Source: Chiloscyllium plagiosum (lineage: Eukaryota). From it: a stretch of DNA of 64,000 nucleotides. Below the pieces are notes generated by a model, which was not told where the DNA came from, ran no database searches, and worked only from the letters and a program-made list of their open reading frames with translations. Shown piece after piece: positions 1 through 11,924 of this stretch (position 1 is its first letter; each line of letters begins with the position of its first letter). The DNA lies in NCBI RefSeq assembly GCF_004010195.1, contig NC_057758.1, positions 6,472,650 to 6,536,649 of the forward strand, given 5' to 3'. The translations under genes and the position numbers were made by a program.

Positions 1-166
1 AGGTGCCGGTGTTGGACTAAGGTGGGCAAAGTTAAAAATCTGACAACACTAGGTTATAGTCCAACAGGTTTATTTGGAAGCACTAGCTTCCGGAGCACTG
101 CTCCTTCATCAGGTAGCTGATAAATCTGTTGAACTATAACCTAGTGTTGTCTGATTTTTAACTTTG
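1..166 (-). mobile_element. Penelope-like terminal repeat fragment forming a fold-back (arms 27-73 and 120-166), with a mutated hammerhead core at 83-112 on the minus strand
   Basis: 47-bp inverted arms are visible. The minus strand reads CTGATGA-AGGAGC-AGT-GCTCC-GGAAGCTAG (GAAA mutated to GGAA). Same family as 36280-36815. Confidence 0.6.
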
Positions 167-514
167 TTTCTGTGTTGCCAGCCCTGAGTAACATTGTTAA
201 ATCTTGCCAAATGCTGTTGAGTCTCAATTCAAAAAGATAATCACAGAGTGAGTTGCGATGAAAATCATGGGTCCCAGGCGCATAATGGAAGCAGCAGCTC
301 CAGGCAAAGCAGACAGCAGAGACCGACACACTGAACACATGGCAAGTATCTCTGCTTAGTTATCATTCCCAGTGGATCCCTCACCAAATAAGAAAATGTC
401 TCAGCATCCCATCCAGCTTTATCCTTTATGAGGTAAAGGAACGAGAGGCGGAGAAAACTTTGAGCAAGAGCCTGCTTGCTTGCTTTCTGTAACTGAACCT
501 AGAACATAGCATTA

Positions 515-655
515 GAGCTGGCAGCATCTGTGAAGAGAAACGTTTTGGGTCGACTGAGCCTCAGAACCCACAGATGCTACCATACCAGCAGAGTCTCTCC
601 AACAATTTCTGTTTTTGTTTCTGATTTACAGCAGCCGCAGTTCTTTTGGCTTTTA
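515..655 (+). mobile_element. Decayed Penelope-like terminal-repeat remnant
   Basis: gcagcatctgtg...acagatgct...tttctgtttttgtttctgatttacagc motif, related to the other palindromic inserts in the window. Confidence 0.45.
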
Positions 656-1014
656 ACATATCATTAGGACTTGACAGAAATGTGGATGTAACAGCCCACA
701 AGCTGCATCTTCTAACAGCCACACTGTAGGTATTTAGAACAATGAAAGGATCTTACACACATTACTGAAGCTAAGCTCCCAGCATCATAAGCCTTCACAA
801 GCCATCAGCATTGAATAGTTCTTTGCGGAGATTAAACAAATGACTTATTTGTCTGACAGATGTTGTGCTTTGAAAAATATTTGCATGCTTCAGCAAAGCA
901 CTCAGATTTTATTGGCCAACCAGTCACCCAGCTTTTCTGCTCCTTCCCTCTTTGTCAGCTGGAACTCAGTCAGTCACATTTGCTTGTAAAGTCAGGCTCA
1001 TTTGGGAATTAAAA

Positions 1015-1097
1015 CACAACAGCGAATGCTGGAGATTGGAAACAAAACAGAAATTTCTGCAGAGACTCTGCTGATATGGTAGCATCTGTGAGAAGAA
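1015..1097 (-). mobile_element. Penelope-like terminal-repeat fragment split by the CR1 insertion; continues at ~2788-2835
   Basis: Ends ...gcatctgtgagaagaaag and resumes gaaagcaag...tttcgagtctggcgattcttcatcagaac after the LINE. Confidence 0.45.
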
Positions 1098-2787
1098 AGG
1101 ACAGGAGTGGGAATTTGTGCTTGGAGTCCGAGGAGATAGGAGAGGTGCTAAATGAATATTTTTCATTAGTATTTACACTGGAAAGAGACAATGTTGTTGA
1201 GGAGAACACTGAGGTACAGGCTATTAGATGAGATGGGACTGAGGTTCGTAAGGAGGAGGTGTTAGCAATTCTGGAAAGTGTGAAAATAGATAAGTCCCCT
1301 GGGCCGGATGTGATTTATCCTCAGATTCTCTGGGAAGCCAGGAAGGAGATTGCAGAACATTTGGCTTTGATCTTTATGTCGTCATTGTCGACAGAAATTG
1401 TGCCAGAAGACTGGAAGATAGCAAATGTTGTCCCCTTGTTCAAGAAGGGGAGTAGAGACAACTTTGGTAATTATAGAGCAGTGAGCCTTACTTCAGTTGT
1501 GGGTAAAGTGCTGGAAAGAATTATAAGATATAGGATTTATTATTAACTAGAAAGGAACAATTTGATTAGGGATAGTCAACACAGTTTTGTGAAGGGCAGG
1601 TCGTGCCTCGCAAAGCTTATTGAGATGGTTGAGAAGATGAATGAGGGTATAGTGGTTGATGTGGTGTACATGGATTTCAGTAAAGCGTTTGATAAGGTTC
1701 CCCATGGTAAGCTGTTGCAGTAAATATGGAGGTATGGGATTGAGGGTGATTTAGTGGTATGAATCAGAAATTGGTTAGCTGAAAGAAGACAGAGAGTGGT
1801 GGTGGCAAATGTTCATCCTGGTGTTCAGTTATTAGTGGTATACCATAAGGATCTGTTTAGGGGCCACTGCTGTTTGTCATTTTTATACATGACCTGGATG
1901 ATGGCGTAGAAGGATGGGTTAGTAAATTTACAAATGACTCTAAGGTCGGTCGAGCTGTGGACAGTGCTGAAGGATATTGCTGCTTACAGAGGGACATAGA
2001 TAAGCTGCAGAGTTGGGCTGAAAGGTGGCAAATGGAGTTTAATGCAGAAAAGTGTGAGGTGATTCATTTTGGAAGAAGTAACAGTAATACAGAGTACTGG
2101 GGTAATGGTAAGGTTCTTGCAGTGTGGATGAGCAGAAAGATCTCCGTGTCCATGTACATAGATCCCTGAAAGTTGCCACCCAGGTTAATAGGATTGTTAA
2201 GAAGGCATATGAACCATGGGGTTATGTTGCAGCTGTAGGAAACTATGGTGTGGCCGCACTTGGAGTATTGCGTACAGTTCTGGTTACCACATTATAGGAA
2301 GGATGTGTAAGTTTTGGAAAAGATGCAGAGGAGATTTATGAGGATATTGTCTGGTATGGAAGGAAGGTCTTCTGAGGAAAGACTGAGTGACCTGAGGCTG
2401 TTTTCGTTAGAAGGAAGAGGTTGAGAGGTGACTTAATAGAGATGTGAAAGATGATCAGAGGATTAGATAGTGTTAGCAGAGAGAGACGTTTTCCTCGGAT
2501 AGTGATGGCTAGCATGAGAGGACATAGCTTTAAATTGAGCGGTGATAGATATAGGACAGATGTCAGAGGGGTAGTTTCTTTACTCAGAGAGTAGTAATGG
2601 CGTGAAACTCCCTGCCTGCAACTGTAGTAGACTCACCGACTTTAATGTCTTTTTAAATGGCCATTGGATAAACATATGGATGATAATGCAACAATGCAGG
2701 TTAGTTCAGCTTCAGGCTGGTTTCACAGGTCAGCACAACATTGAGGGTCAGAGAGCCTGGACTGTGCTGTAATGTTCTGTGTTCTTT
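1098..2787 (+). mobile_element. 5'-truncated CR1-clade LINE (HER1-like): degenerate ORF2 reverse transcriptase plus 3' UTR
   Basis: KSPGPDxIYP, W.IANVVPLFKKG, NYRAVSLTSVVGKVLE, MDFSKAFDKVPH, LQSWAERWQMEFNAEKC; stops and frameshifts; tgttct tail. Confidence 0.95.
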
Positions 2788-2924
2788 GAAAGCAAGATAA
2801 TATTTCGAGTCTGGCGATTCTTCATCAGAACTGTTAACAGCTCAGGAAAGGTGGTAATATATTGAAGTGACGTTTGTGGGAAGGGGTTGGTCTTGCACAA
2901 GGTGACTTACTTGCCGATTTACTT

Positions 2925-3235
2925 CCTCCAACCTCAGTATCCAAGGCCTCAGGCACACCTTCCAGGTGAAGCAGCAGCTTACCTGCACTTCTCTCAACTC
3001 ATTTATTTCATTCACTGCTCAGAATGTGGTCTCCTGTATATCGGGGGAGATGAAACACAGATTTGATGACCGCTTTGCTGAACACCTACACTCTGTCTGT
3101 AAAACATGACCCAGAGTTTCCCACTGCCTCCACTTCAACACACCACTGTGTTCCTACACCAACATTTCTGTCCCAGATCTGTTGCAGTGTTCCTTAACGC
3201 AAGTTCAAAGAACAACACTTCATTTTCCATCTTCT
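2925..3235 (+). mobile_element. Penelope-like element fragment, GIY-YIG endonuclease region (decayed)
   Basis: Frameshifted translation HTFQVKQQLTCTSLN-IYFIHCSECGLLYIGE-KHRFDDRFAEHL matches the PLE GIY-YIG pattern. Confidence 0.8.
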
Positions 3236-3256
3236 CCTGCTGAACACTCTCTGCTC

Positions 3257-3350
3257 ATTCCTGAAGAAGGGCCTGTGCCCGAAACGTCGAATCTCCTGTT
3301 CCCTGGATGCTGCCTGACCTGCTGTGCTGTTCCAGCAATAAAGTTTCAAC
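3257..3350 (+). ncRNA. Penelope terminal repeat with a minimal type I hammerhead-ribozyme-like motif (3257-3292)
   Basis: attc-CTGAAGA-a-GGGC-ctgt-GCCC-GAAAC-GTC-gaat: 4-bp stem I, stem II and palindromic ACGT stem III. Confidence 0.6.
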
Positions 3351-3404
3351 TGCACTCTTGATACTACTGATCTGCACTGTGTCTTACGCCAGACCCACAA
3401 CATC

Positions 3405-3751
3405 ATAGATTCATGCAATCCCTACAGTGAGGAAATACATTACTTGCATCAACAAGTCTACACTGAGCATCTGAAGAATAACCCAACAAGAAGCAGTCCC
3501 CTCCCCTATTAATCCACATTTCCATGAACTCATGAACCTAACCAACATATCCCTGAACACTACGGACATCTTAGCATGGCCAATTCACCTAATCTGAGCA
3601 TCTTCAGATTGTGCGAGGAAACGGGAGCAGCTGGAAGAGCCCAGGCAGAGGCGGAATGTGCAAACTCCACACGCAAAGTTGCCCAAGGTTGTAATCAAAC
3701 ACTGGTCCCTGGCATTTTTGATACGTCAATGCTTACCACTGAGACACCGTG
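3405..3751 (-). mobile_element. Decayed HE1-like tRNA-derived SINE
   Basis: Minus strand begins cacggtgtctcagtggtaagc; gtggagtttgcac and ggtgaattggccatgctaa body motifs are shared with the 15419 copy. Confidence 0.75.
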
Positions 3752-3859
3752 ATCTTTGGATACCAGGAAATATTGCCAGGAATGGTGTTATTGAGCTTTA
3801 TGGATAGGCTCTGTGTGTTTTTCTCTGCAGTATCAGAAAAACAGCATAATATTTTCCCA

Positions 3860-4795
3860 TGATCTACTCTCTCTCTGCATTTGCCTTCAGACCAAAAACA
3901 GTGTGGCTATCACTGATCTGCTCAGGCTACGGATGTGAATCCAGATTCAGAACACTCTATTTCACACTCATCTACTCTATCTCTACCTGTGACTCCAGAA
4001 CACCAGCACTGTAAATATTCTCATCTATACTGTCTCTTCATTCGACTCCAGACCCACAGAACAGTATCTACCACTGAACTGCTGGATATAACTCCAGGCC
4101 AACTGCATTGTGGTCACCACAATCTGCATTATCTCTGCTTATAACTCCAAACCCACAGCACTGTGGGCAACACTGATGGTCTCTGTCTCTACATGAGACT
4201 CCAGAAGCACAACAGTGTGGTTATTATTAACTTGCTGTCTCTACATGTGACTCTAGACCCACGGGCCTGAGGTTACCCCTGACCTGCTCCCTCTCTACAT
4301 CCGCGTCCTGACACACAGCACTGTAGTTAACGATTAACTGCTCTGCATCTGCATTCGAATCAGACCCACAGCAATGTGTTTAATCCAACCTGCGCTTATC
4401 TATAAGTGACTACAGACTCACAGCACTGTTATGAATGACCTGCTCTGTAACGACAGGCACAAAGCACTGGGTGTTCTATTAATCTATTCTGTCTCAATAT
4501 ATGCCGTATGGCCGACGTAATTTCGCTTGGAAATAACCTACTCTCTATCTGCATGTGACTCGAGGCACAAAACATGGTGATGACCAATGACTTGCTTTGT
4601 CTCAACATGTAACTCCAGACTCAAAGCACCGTGGTTGCCATTGACCTATCCTGTCTCTACATTTGAGAGCAGGTCCAAAGCACAGTTGTTCCCACTGACC
4701 TGATATCTATCTACACGAGACACCAGTCCACTGCACTGCAGTTGCCACTGGTCCACGCTGTTTCTGCGCTTGATTCCAGACTTACAACACTGCCC
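3860..4795 (-). repeat. Degenerate ~54-bp minisatellite array, in reverse orientation relative to the other arrays
   Basis: Recurring gactccagacccacagcactgtgg...ctgctctgtctctacatgt units. Confidence 0.8.
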
Positions 4796-4799
4796 GTAA

Positions 4800-5245
4800 C
4801 ACAAAGGATTTGGAAGAAATTTGCCAAGATTTGAGGGGTTGAGCTTCAGGGAAAGCCTCAGCAAGCTGTTGTTTCTATTCCCTGGAGCCGATGGGTGACC
4901 TTATAAAAGTTTACAAAATCATGAGTTTATGGATAAATTGCAAAGTTCATACCTTTCCCCGACAGTAGGGGAGTCCAAAACTGGAGAGCATTTGCTTAAG
5001 GGTGAGAGGGAAAATTGTTAAAAGGGGCGTGAGGGGCGACTTTTTTCATACAGTACATGGTGTATGCATGAAATGTCCTGCTAGCGGATGTGATAAACAC
5101 TGCAACGGTTACAACATTTTAAAAGTATCTGGATGGGCATATGAGCAGGAAACATTGAGAGAGATAAGTATCAAATGGGAAATAATGGGGTAGTTGGACT
5201 AAAGGTCCTGTTTCCCTGCTACACATGTCGGTGATTCTATGATAC
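4800..5245 (+). mobile_element. CR1 LINE 3' fragment
   Basis: ggtgaccttataaaagtttacaaaatcatg (GDLIxVYKIM) and a CR1-type 3' UTR. Confidence 0.7.
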
Positions 5246-5534
5246 TGGACCCGCAGCATTGTGAGTACCAGTGATATACTATGGCTCTACATCTGCATGT
5301 CAAACTAAATCATTTATATATATCAGAATTCGCAGAGGTCCCAGTAAGAACCTTTGTGGAAAACCATTAGTCACGGACCTACAGAAAACAAATACCCTTC
5401 TACAGTCATCCTCTTCCTTATTTGGATAACCCAAAAGTGTATCCACGCGGCCACGTCACCATGGATCCCATGCATCTTAAGATTCTGCATGAGTCCACCA
5501 GGTGGTTTCTTTTCAAATCACTTACTAAAATCCA

Positions 5535-6034
5535 NNNNNNNNNNNNNNNNNNNNNNNNNNNNNNNNNNNNNNNNNNNNNNNNNNNNNNNNNNNNNNNNNN
5601 NNNNNNNNNNNNNNNNNNNNNNNNNNNNNNNNNNNNNNNNNNNNNNNNNNNNNNNNNNNNNNNNNNNNNNNNNNNNNNNNNNNNNNNNNNNNNNNNNNNN
5701 NNNNNNNNNNNNNNNNNNNNNNNNNNNNNNNNNNNNNNNNNNNNNNNNNNNNNNNNNNNNNNNNNNNNNNNNNNNNNNNNNNNNNNNNNNNNNNNNNNNN
5801 NNNNNNNNNNNNNNNNNNNNNNNNNNNNNNNNNNNNNNNNNNNNNNNNNNNNNNNNNNNNNNNNNNNNNNNNNNNNNNNNNNNNNNNNNNNNNNNNNNNN
5901 NNNNNNNNNNNNNNNNNNNNNNNNNNNNNNNNNNNNNNNNNNNNNNNNNNNNNNNNNNNNNNNNNNNNNNNNNNNNNNNNNNNNNNNNNNNNNNNNNNNN
6001 NNNNNNNNNNNNNNNNNNNNNNNNNNNNNNNNNN
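5535..6034. other. Assembly gap (500 N)
   Basis: Run of N. Confidence 1.
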
Positions 6035-6688
6035 CCTGTTGAGCTCTCTGTCACATAATCATCATAAAATTGTACAGTTCTATAAGTGAGACATTTTTAC
6101 GATCGTGTATGTTCTGGTGCTGGAATGTGCTGTCCAGCTCGCCCCATTTGCCAGTATTATTTTGATCCCCCATCTAAATTAATTCCATTGAACTCCACAT
6201 GAAGCTCTCTTTTGAAACCTGCTGTTGAATGAGCCTCCGCCACTCTCCAAGCCAACGCATTCCAAATCCCAGCACCTATCTGGGTAAATAAGTTACAGAG
6301 ATATTGACTTTGGGATCATTCCATTCTTACGCGTGTCAAAATTGTCGATGGATTTTCACTCCCTGAAGGAAAGCTGCTTGGGTAACTCACAATTGCTCAC
6401 TCCAATGCCTCACAGTGAGATCGCACTTCTTAGTTGTCAGTAAACTGTACCAATATGAGGCTGGACATGGAGAACTGCACACAGTTCTGGATTGCACGAA
6501 CAATTATTGGAACACAGTTCAAGCAATATGTACCCTTACAACTCCAGGAATGTCTGGTTAGAACAGCAAGGGTGAAATCTGCAGTGTTCTGGCATTGTGT
6601 ATCTGAGTCAGGTGGCAGGTGAATGTCCTATCGCATCTGACTGTTAGCATCAACGAGTCTTTATTTTTCTTTTTATTTTCTCTCCTAG

Positions 6689-6810
6689 CGCCAATATTTT
6701 CATGTATTTTGGAAGGGAGTTACTGCAGCAGCGTACCATGTGAGAAGAGTATTTCAACGAGGGTTAACGGAATGTGCCCCATCTTACAAGTGTGTTGCGT
6801 ACGTTTGTGA
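6689..6810 (+). CDS. Beta-defensin exon 2 (mature peptide), paralog A; its exon 1 is not present in this contig
   Basis: Polypyrimidine acceptor ttttctctcctag|cg (phase 1). Encodes xPIFSCILEGSYCSSVPCEKSISTRVNGMCPILQVCCVRL* = C-x6-C-x4-C-x11-C-x5-CC. AATAAA at 6951-6956. Confidence 0.8.
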
Positions 6811-7094
6811 AATCGAAGAAGGAAAGAGCAACATGAAACAATGGAAAACATCTGTGTTTCTGATTGGAGAGTTCTGTCATCCCATCATTCAGGCTTCATG
6901 TTATTGTTTCAACTGAATGACCACTGGCCCACTGCTTTCTAAACTACATGAATAAAACTGGGTGATATTGCAAACATTGATTTTCCAAGTCTCACTTCAC
7001 TTTCATATCAATGTCTAAACACAATGTCAGGAAGGAAGGAAGTTGTCAGAAAATGGGTATTATGCATTGATGATCTTTGCACTGTCGTAGCTTA

Positions 7095-7880
7095 GCTGAC
7101 ATGTGGGGCTTTGGTGTGGCCACAACTGGAGGATCGTTTGCAGTTCAGGTCCCCACACCATAGGAAGGATGTAAACGCTTTGGAGAGGCAGGGAAAGTGG
7201 TTTACCAAGATGTTACTTGGATCAGAGTCTACTGGTTACCAACAGCCTTTTGACAAAATTTGGATTGTTCGTGGTCGGGATTTGGAGCTGAGAGGCGATT
7301 TGAAGGAAGTATATAAAACAATGAGGGGCTTGGATAGGTTGCCTAGCCGGACTCTATTGCCCAGGTTGGAAATTTATGGGCAATGTTTTAAGGTGGGGGG
7401 ACATGTTAAAATGATAAGCATGGGACAGTTTTTGTTCAACAGAGAGAGTTGTAAATGTCTACAAAGGATTGCCAAAGAAGGTGGTGGATTTGCATAGAAT
7501 AGCAAAATTGTCAGGCAATTAGATAGATGGAAGAACAGGCAATGTGTACAGCGTTATGGACCATGTGAAGGCAGATAGGATTAGTTTGGAATAGTACACT
7601 TGTCTTCACAGACATATTGCAGAACGGTTTGTTCCTGTGCTGTACGCTTCTCTCTTCAATTGAGCATTTTAGCTTCGGTGAGAGGCTGGATATAAACGGA
7701 TTGTTTTCATTGGATCAGAGACAATATTGGGCAGGCCTGTTTCATGTGAAGAGGTTCATGAGGTGCAAGAAAGAGTCAACAGTAAGCAGCTGCTTTCCTC
7801 AGTCCAATGAGGGGACACAATTGGGAATTGAAAAGCATACGATCCAGACGGGCGTTGAAGGTAATCTCCTAGCTGTTCTG
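7095..7880 (+). mobile_element. Decayed CR1 LINE 3' fragments
   Basis: LVWPQLED..QF.SPHHRKDVNALER, LRGDLKEVYKTMRGLDR. Confidence 0.8.
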
Positions 7881-8149
7881 AATCTCTGATCGAACAGACA
7901 CCAACAGCAGCCCGCGGACAACGTAATTGGCTCGTTGTCCACTATTTTCTTTGGGGAAGGGGAGCGTGATGTTCCATTCAGTGGGACGTTTTCCCATCTC
8001 CAATACATCACTCTCCAAGCTCCAGGACTGGAGGGGAGTTTGAAGGCGCACTGGGAAGTAGCAGGAGAGAAAATGTGCGCTGCTTGCTATTATACTACCG
8101 AGAGAACACCAGTCACGTCACTTCTTCAATCATCACAAAAGTAGATTTA

Positions 8150-8650
8150 CAGTCTCATATAGTGGCAGTGTAAGTCGGTGATAATGATAAGGTTGTGGGT
8201 GTGGATGAACTTGTGAAGACAGTACAAGTTAGTAGCAGTCACAATACCAGATGGCTGGCCGCAGATGTGTAGACACAGAAGAACAGCAATAATATCAGTG
8301 TTATGCAAATGGAGTTACTGTTGGAAATTAAGCAGATCAGTGATAACCACGGTAATGTGAGTCTCGTGTTAGCTGTAGAAACAGAGCAGGTCACTGGGAA
8401 CCATAGTATTGAGGGTCTGTAGTCAATTGCAGGGAATGTCTATGTCAGCGGTAACGACAGCACCTTGACTCTAGTTAATATGAATTTAAATGCTGTGGGA
8501 ATGGATTCACATGCAGATACAAAGCAGGTCACTGATAACCAGAGTGTTGTGAGGATCGAATCACATGCACAGATCGACCATATTAGGGTTGACCATAATG
8601 CTGTTGTTCAGAACCATGTAGATACAGAACAGTTCAGCGGTACAGTACAG
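8150..8650 (+). repeat. Degenerate ~54-bp minisatellite array
   Basis: agcaggtcactgataaccagagtg / gagcagatcagtgataaccacgg units. Confidence 0.7.
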
Positions 8651-8659
8651 ATCAGACAC

Positions 8660-11600
8660 TACAGATCCGGCAGAATGAGGAGAGGAAGTTAGAAAGAAAC
8701 TGAAGAGCAGGACTGCAACAATATTAATCTCTGAATAGCTGCCAGGGTGACATATTGGTGTTGCAAGGAATAGAAAGATAGTGGAGATGAATACTTGGAG
8801 AAAAAACTGATGCAACGGGCATGATTTTTTTGATCTTGGATCAATGGAAGCTCTCCTGCTGCCAGGGTGAACTGTAAAAGAGGCACTGATTGCTCCAAAA
8901 GTGGAGAGCAACCAATATCCTCGCTGCAACTTTCGCTCATACTACATGGGAGTGGTTAAACTAGACTGGCAGGGGATGCAATTACAGCAGCAGAACAACA
9001 AGTGGAGAGATTGACGGGAAGGCAGGTGCTAAGACCAGTGAATCAGAAAGAAATGACAAGCAGAGAGGGGTGAATGAACACAACAGCACTCATGGTCTAA
9101 CGTGTGTTCACATCAATATAAGTAGTATTAAATGTAAGACAAATCAGTTGTAGAGCCTGGATCAGTACATAAGACTAAGATGTTGCGCACACTGCAGATA
9201 CGTGGTTGAGAGAGGGAATGGAAAGGCTCCAGGATTTCGTTGGTTTAGTCGAGATAGAGAAGAAGGTAAAAGATGTGTAGAAGTTGTATTAGTAATCAGT
9301 CAGAATGTTACATCTTCACTCTGAGAGGAAATGCAGAAGGGCACATCCGTTGAGGCAAGAGGGGTAAAACTGAAAATTTAGGTGGGTGCAAACAATCTGC
9401 CAGGATCCTAACGTAGGAACTTCAACTGCAAATGGGAACAAATATGTGGCCGATTATGGAACGATTCGACAACAAAAGAATTTTCGTAATGGGTGACTTT
9501 AACTTCCGCAATATTCATTGTGACTCCCTTACAGCAAGAAATTGAAACAGAGTGGACTTCCTTAAATGCATGTAAGTGTGTTTATTGAAACAGTATGTGG
9601 ATAGCCCAACTGGCAGAGGGGCCATAGTGTAACTTGTATTGGCTAATGAGCCTGGTCAAGTGACTGACCTTTCAGTGGGAGAGCCTTTTGAAAACAATCA
9701 TCAAAGTTCGTTACGTTTTAAGACAGTTATGAGCAGGGAGAAGTCAGGACTTCCGGTTAGGTACAAAAATGGTGGAAGGTAATTTACATCAGCATGAGAT
9801 AGGAGCTAAGGAACTTTAATTGGGAGACACAGTTATCCGGCAAGACAACATTTAAACATGTGGGAATTTGTGAACATCTGGTGTGGAGACTTCTGGACCG
9901 ACATGTTCCAGGAAGGTGGACGGACAAAGGTAGCAAGGTAAGCGACATTTGAAAACGAGGGTGGCTGTGAATTTGTTCAAAAGAGAAAAAGATGCATGTG
10001 TAAGTTTTAGGAAGCTAAAATTGTACGGGCCAATGAATATTTTTTTGGAAAGCAGGTAAGTACTAAAGAGGGGAACAAGAGACCAAGAAGGGGCCATGAA
10101 ATGTCCTTGACAATTCAAGGAAAAGAGAATCCAAAAGAGTTCTATACATATATTAAGAATAGAAGTCTAACTCAGGAGAAAGTAGGACAACTCAAGAATA
10201 CAGGATGGCACTCATGTTTGGAGGCAGAGGATGCTTGAGTTCCAAAGTGAATAATTTGCATCACCATTCTCTCCGTAAAACGACATGGAGAATAGGGAGA
10301 TATGTGTGGAGCATGCCTATAGGCTAGAACATTAAAGAACAAGAAAGTGGTGGCGTTGGATCCCTTGAAGAGTATTAATGCATATAGCTTCGCAAGGCCT
10401 GATGATAGCAACTCCAGTTTATTCGGTGAAGGAAGTGAGGTGATTGCTCAGGCTTTGACCAAAAAAGTGGTCCTCTCGAACCACTTAAGAGATCCCCGAG
10501 GATTGGTGAGTAGGTTATGTTTTCCCCTATTCAAGAAGAGAAGTAGGGATAATCCAGGAAATTATCAGCGAATAAATCTCACATCAGTGGTTGGAAACTA
10601 TTGGAGTGAAATCATACGAATAGAATTTACGCACGTATGGAAAAGCATGACATAATTAGGTGGAGTCGACATAACTTTGTGCATTGCAGGTCATGCCTCA
10701 CTAAATTAATTGATCTATCTGACGAGGTCTCAAAGGTAATTGGTAAGGGTAAACCCGAGGATTTGCTTACATGGACTTTAGTTAGGCTTTCGACAAGTAC
10801 CCACATGGAAGACCCATTCTGAAAATTAAGATGAATGGTTTCCACGGGGACTTGGCCGCTTGGATTGACAATTAGGTTGTCCGTCGAAGGCAGAGAGTGA
10901 TGGTGGAATGGTGACTTTCCGGCTGGAGTTCCATGGCTAATGGTTTTCTCAAAAGATCCGTACTAGGACATCTACTATTTTCTGTTATATGTAGCTGAAT
11001 TAGATTAAATTTACATGAGTAGGTGAGTACGTTTGCAGATGATACAAAGATCGGTGGAGTTGTGGATAGTACAGAGTTTTGTCAAAGGATACTGGGATAT
11101 ATATATCAGTTGCAGTTATTGGCAGAGTAATGGCAGATATAGTTTAATCTGTATGAGTGTGAGATGCGGCAATTTGGGAGATCAAACCTTACGGAAAAGC
11201 ATGCCGTTAATAGCAGCACGCAGAAGAACATTGATGTATAGAAGGAACTTGAGATTCAAGATCTTTGCTCCCTGAAAGTGGCCATGCAAGTAAATAGGTG
11301 GTAAATTAGTCATATGCTGTGCTTGCCTTGACTGGTCAGGGAAATGAGTTCAATATGCCATGTTGCAGCTTTCTAGAACTTTGGTAAGACCACACTTCGA
11401 GTGCCACATTCAATTGCGGTCGCCACATTACATGAAGAATATGGTTGCTTTGGCGAGGGTGCAGATGAGATTTACTAACATGCGGCTTGGATTACAGAGT
11501 TTGATCGATAAGGAGAGGTGAGCAAAATCTCACATTGTTTTCCCTTAAAGAGAAGAGACTGAGAAAAGTCTAGATAGATGTCTGTAAAAATATGAGATGA

Positions 11601-11910
11601 CGAGATGGGGTTAACACACAGAATCATTTCCACAGAATAGAAAAGCTCTATGCTAAGAAGCAGAAGGTGAGGGTGAACGTTCACAGGAGACGTGGTGGGC
11701 AGGTGAGTAAAACAGAAAGTGGTAGGATTCTGAAATGTACTGGCAGGGATGGTAGTGGAGGCAGTAGCGGTTAGGGTACTTAGGGGACGTTTAGATAAGC
11801 ACATGAATATGTAACGAATGGAGAGATATGAAGCAAGGGCAGACATAAGGGATTAGTTCCGCTTGGTGTCATGTTCGGCACAACATTATAGTCTGATGGG
11901 CTCATTAGTA
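8660..11910 (+). mobile_element. Long decayed CR1 LINE (ORF1 3' end, endonuclease, reverse transcriptase, 3' UTR)
   Basis: VMGDFNF endonuclease motif, PLFKKRSRDNPGNYQRINLTSVVG, FADDTKIGGVVDS, LVRPHxEC; many stops. Confidence 0.85.
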
Positions 11911-11924
11911 TCTGTGAAGTTCAG

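Noticed and set aside
5354..6058. Long ORFs of 178-234 aa
   Set aside because: They only read through the N gap
8040..8130. ZNF143/CRE-ETS-like motifs
   Set aside because: Partial matches only, with no associated transcription unit
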